DNA from: the human T2T-CHM13v2.0 reference genome, Homo sapiens
Direction: 5' to 3' (one strand)
Length of the DNA stretch: 64,000 bases
NCBI RefSeq assembly: GCF_009914755.1
Contig: NC_060933.1
A model generated the notes under the pieces. It worked only from the letters and a program-made list of their open reading frames with translations. It was not told the DNA's origin and did not search any database. A program made the translations under genes and the position numbers. Shown here piece after piece: positions 59,601-64,000 of this stretch. Positions within the stretch are counted from its first letter, which is position 1, and every line of letters starts with the position of its first letter.

Positions 59601-61179
59601 ATGATAAGCTATATAATTAAGAAAAATGTAAGAACAATATTATTCTGAAAGAAGATTCATTTCAGATTAGTAAAATAATTAGAGGTCTAATCCTTAGCTT
59701 CTCTCAGAAAATAAGAGAAATTATTTAATACGATAATCATGAGTTAAAAAATGCTTCTATTTCTTTAACATGCACTTAAAAATTCACTGGTAGATAAAAT
59801 ACTTGTAAATGTGCTGAAGTCAGAGGAGAAGGGTATCTTTTTTCCTACTTTAAATCACTCTGGAGAACAAATGCACACTGGGGCTCCTATTTTAAAACTT
59901 TTTCTCTATTTTTTTCTTAATTAGATGAATGCATGTTATATGCACATTAATCATCTAAAATTGTAAGATTTTCCTGAATTTTTCTATACATCAAAACCTC
60001 CTGTGGCTTTTCCTTGTTCCATCCCTCTCACCCCATTTTTCATTACCTTACATAATATCCCAGAAGCTATCTTGCCTATGAAATTACTACTCATAGTAAA
60101 TAAACTTTACATATAGTTTATCTTTAAAAATTAGAAACACAGCAAGCAAAGAAATTGTTCTCACCTCTTTCAAAAGAAAACGGTGTAGCCCTCAGGAAAA
60201 CAGAAGTGCCCCTAAGTTCATGTGTGTCAGCAAGGAATGGAGAGCTGTTAAGAATGATCTTCTTGAAAAGAAAGAAGTCTCCTTAGGCACCCACATGTAT
60301 ATTTAGATTAGACTGGCAGTTTAAATGACAGCAAACACATGGTCATGACTTCCCAATTGCTCATTCATCTAACACATACACAGGCTAATCAGAGGCAAAC
60401 ATCCACCCCGAACTGTTTTAGAAACTAGCTTCTCCCATCTGATACTACTGTATGTGTGGTAAGCAGACATTCTTCTAGAGAGATCGGATGTCAAATGCTT
60501 AACTACCTCTCTTAGTATAACAGGATCTTAAATCACACTGATTTAGAATTCCAGAATGTTTTTGTAAAGTCAGTTTGACATCAACTTACATCAATTCCTT
60601 GCTCTAGCCTGCAGGGTTTTATGAAGTACAAAGTAAAGAAATGACTATGTAAAGATTGCAGGATCTATTTGTCTTATGGGTATTTTTAAACTGTAAGACC
60701 TGCCCATCCTATCAGTAATAGCACACACTCCTATTCTGTAAACAGGGTAAAGTCACTATAGAGGATCACATTTTCTTGTGCAAATAAAAGGTGGTAGAGT
60801 TAAAAGGTGGAGATACTGAACATGAACTTTAAGCCCCTACTCATAATTTGAGCTTCAGTAACATTTTCCAGTAAGTGAGAAACAAGAGAAAACACAGATG
60901 GCACTGTTTGCTGGCAGCTATTAACTACACCTACAACACTATTGTGTTGTATATATGCATACACATTGAGATTTATATATATTAAGATGTGTTGGTGAGG
61001 AGCAGAAAACAAATGCAGCTATCAGCTCTATGATGGGGGGTACGTTATTTTAAAATGTCAAACAATTTTAACATAATTATATTTTACTTTTGACATGAAC
61101 TTTGCATTTTAATCTTAATGTCAAATATTTTGAAAAATCTAGATTAGTATGAGGGTGAAAAGAATGAAACACTATAATA

Positions 61180-61410
61180 ATTTGGTGCTCAGGTTCTGAA
61201 AACATCAAACCTGGTTTGAATCTCAGTTCCACCACTTTCTAGCTATGTGACCTTAGCACATAACATCATCTCTCCAGGCCTCAGTTCCTTCATTTCTAAT
61301 GGGGAAACATAAGTAATAGTGGTACCAATTCATATCGCTAATGTTAGAATGTTGACAACGCAAAGCAGTTAGGACAGAACACTGAATAAATGATGACTAA
61401 ATATTAGTTA
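61180..61410 (+). mobile_element. MIR SINE
   Basis: cctggtttgaatctcagttccaccactttctagctatgtgacctt..gcctcagttccttcatttctaatgggg. Confidence 0.75.
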
Positions 61411-63434
61411 CTATTATCATCAATAGGAATAAATATAAAATTATGATATTAAAAAGTTATGTCTGAGTCCATTTGGCTTGTCCACCCTCTCCCCCATGAT
61501 AGTCTTCCCTGAAAAACACTTGACACTTCAAGAAATAAGGTAACTTCCTTTAGACTAATCCAAAATTTATTTTCTCTGAAACTTCTCCTGGAGAAGGCAG
61601 CTGATAAAGTACCTAGTTCAATGCCCAATATATAAGACATTCTAGCAAGGACTTCTATACAAACAGAATAAACAAAGATGAGAATTAAAAAGTGATTGTT
61701 AATCTAAGCACAAATGATCTATAGGTAAGAACTGCCTGGTCAAGTAATATTTGAGAATTCATAGAAAAAAGAAAGTGAAACTTATTTAGGGCATCACATT
61801 GTTTGAGAAGTTTTTCCTTTTGCAGAAAAAGTGGGCCCTAAGACTCTCAAGAAAATGATCCACTTAAAGAAAATAATAATATCATGATACTGTTCTTAAC
61901 AGTTCATCTCAATTTTGTAGACTTATATGCTTCTGCCACATGTTAACTTGTCTTGGTAGTAAAAAGACAAAAACAGATGGATGCTGATTGCTTAATGGCA
62001 GAAATATTTGTCTGTAGTTTTTGCTACTTTATAAAATATTACAAAGGAATACAGAGGTGGGCCAAAACCTCAAACTTAATTGAAACTCTCTAGTGTTGTC
62101 TGACAAATTAAGATTGTAAGTCACTTTATTATATAGCGTCTGGTCATGTGGTATATCATCAATGCCAATTATTTCTTTTTTCTTTAAAAACTACAATCAC
62201 TACATATACACAGTTCCTGCACTCCTAAGTAAGAGGTTTTGTTATACATAGAAGTAAGCAAGTTTAATGTACTCATTTCCTAAGAAATAAGAGAATTGTC
62301 AATGTTAATGTTATCCAAAAACGTGTTCTTAATGCTCAGTTTGTACCTATCATTAAAATTTAATATAATCTAACACAATTATCATCAATGGGATGCAGGT
62401 GTTGGATAATTATATTAGTATCAACACGACAGTCAAATTAAGATTTCTTCCCATGTGATGGAGTTCTGATAAATATCAATTCATTGGTTTACTGAATCCT
62501 GAAGATCAAAAGGCCCTGCATATGGCACTAATAAATCAAATAGAGTCATCAAATCTACAGTCTGTTTTCTTTGGCTAAAACTGCAAAGTTTTACTTACAG
62601 AGACTGATCTACTTCTAAAAATTCTCTGCCAAACCAAATTTGACTCACTAAGTGTACAGAAAATATAGCACTCCCCAGCCGCACCCTCCTGGGGCTTCTG
62701 AAGTCCAGAGACACTGTTATGTGGTGGTCTAGATTATCTGGTCTTTCCCTCTTCTTTGCCTTTTTAGATCTCATAATCAACTAAAAATTCTTGCAGAAAA
62801 GTAAAAAGTTACCTCTAGACTCAGACTGAAAAGTTACAAAATATTTTTATTTATTAATAAATCCTACCATAAGTAAAGGTACTTAATAAAAATCTCTAAC
62901 CGATTAACATACACACTGAAAATAATAAAGGGGTCTACAATACTTTTTCCTGAGTCTATTTAAATATCGGTAAGAACTCCTAAAGCTGGAAATTCTACTC
63001 AGGTATTTATAGTATAATTAGTCACGTTCTGATAAACTGACCCTAAACTTTGTGTGACAGTAGTATTATTTGAAAGAGAAGGGGCTACGGAAAGATAATG
63101 TAAGCAATATCCCAGGAAAAAATCCCACTTCCAGTTGATTTACTTAAGGAGACTACTCTGATAAACCATCTGTTCCATGATATTTTGAATCTCGAAGAAA
63201 ATGTACAAATGAATGGTAGGATTATGGTGCTTTTTATTTTCTTCTTTATAAAACAATTCTGTACCTTTCAAAAATTTTTACAATAATTATGTTTGAAATA
63301 TATGAATAAAAATAACAAAATGTCTGTTTTTGGTTCAATCGAGAACATCCTAAAGCAATAAGAAATACTTTTCCAAGTCCAAAAAGATTTTAGAAAGACT
63401 TAATAATTTGTCCTAAAATGTTAAAATCTCAGCT

Positions 63435-63510
63435 GAAAATTTTGGCTGACACCACTCCCACTCCCAAGTCACAACATTTAAAAATGTCTCCAGATAGTGC
63501 CCAATGGGGT
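63435..63510. mobile_element. MER30-like hAT fragment
   Basis: cccaagtcacaacatttaaaaatgtctccagatagtgcccaatg. Confidence 0.4.
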
Positions 63511-64000
63511 GGGGTAGGGGAGACACTATCCTAGGATAATGTTTTCTCAAGAAGTTACCTACAAGAGTCTCATATAATTATATACCACTAATTGACAGAT
63601 GATTCCATTTTAATAATGTTCTAATCTTAAGACCATTATGAAATGATACTTTTGGTCTGATAAGATCCATTTCAATGGTCTCTCTCTAGCATTGATGCTA
63701 AGGTGTATTCTGAAGTAAACTGCAATCTGCCTTCTGAGATATTTGTGTTGCATCTCTCCCTTTAGTGAAGAGGACAATCACTCCACTCTGGTTCTGGTGA
63801 GACAGCCCTGTTGTCCCTTAGGTTGAAACTGAATTCCCATTTCCAATGGGCACTGCCATTTCTGTATTTCATATACAGAACATGTAGAGATGCCGTGCCA
63901 TTTGGTTAACAGGGTCCAAAAAGTACCATGTGAAAGCACATACTTTACATAATGTTATCTGAAATGAAAAAGAGTTTGCAATTAGAGTAAGTAAATACAA

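Overview
Primate, most likely human, genomic DNA. It is AT-rich and repeat-rich (Alu, L1, L2, MIR, MaLR/ERV1 LTRs, hAT and Tigger DNA transposons), so almost all ORF-track entries are noise. The window holds the 3' end of MLLT3 (AF9) on the minus strand. Six coding exons with canonical GT-AG boundaries (76+130+100+72+72+132 nt = 193 aa + stop) encode the short poly-Ser tract, the acidic region and the C-terminal ANC1-homology (AHD) domain, followed by a ~4.8 kb 3'UTR ending near an AATAAA at 19476-19481. Downstream on the plus strand, convergent with MLLT3, lies a decayed SMN retrocopy (SMNP-like, ~9217-11039, with a degenerate 13-bp TSD). The most striking observation is that this retrocopy is only semi-processed. 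Exons 1-7 are spliced, but intron 7, including the ISS-N1/nusinersen-target equivalent, is retained in full, which is a fossil of an intron-7-retaining SMN mRNA. Other points are a CTCF-like site in MLLT3 intron 8 (a KMT2A-fusion intron), exon phases that explain the fusion junctions, a young AluYa-type insertion, a twin-primed inverted L1, a near-full-length Tigger1 and two ancient tRNA-derived SINE heads. I see no convincing novel multi-gene system. Gene, exon-number and repeat-family names are recalled from memory, not from a database search, and most repeat boundaries are approximate.
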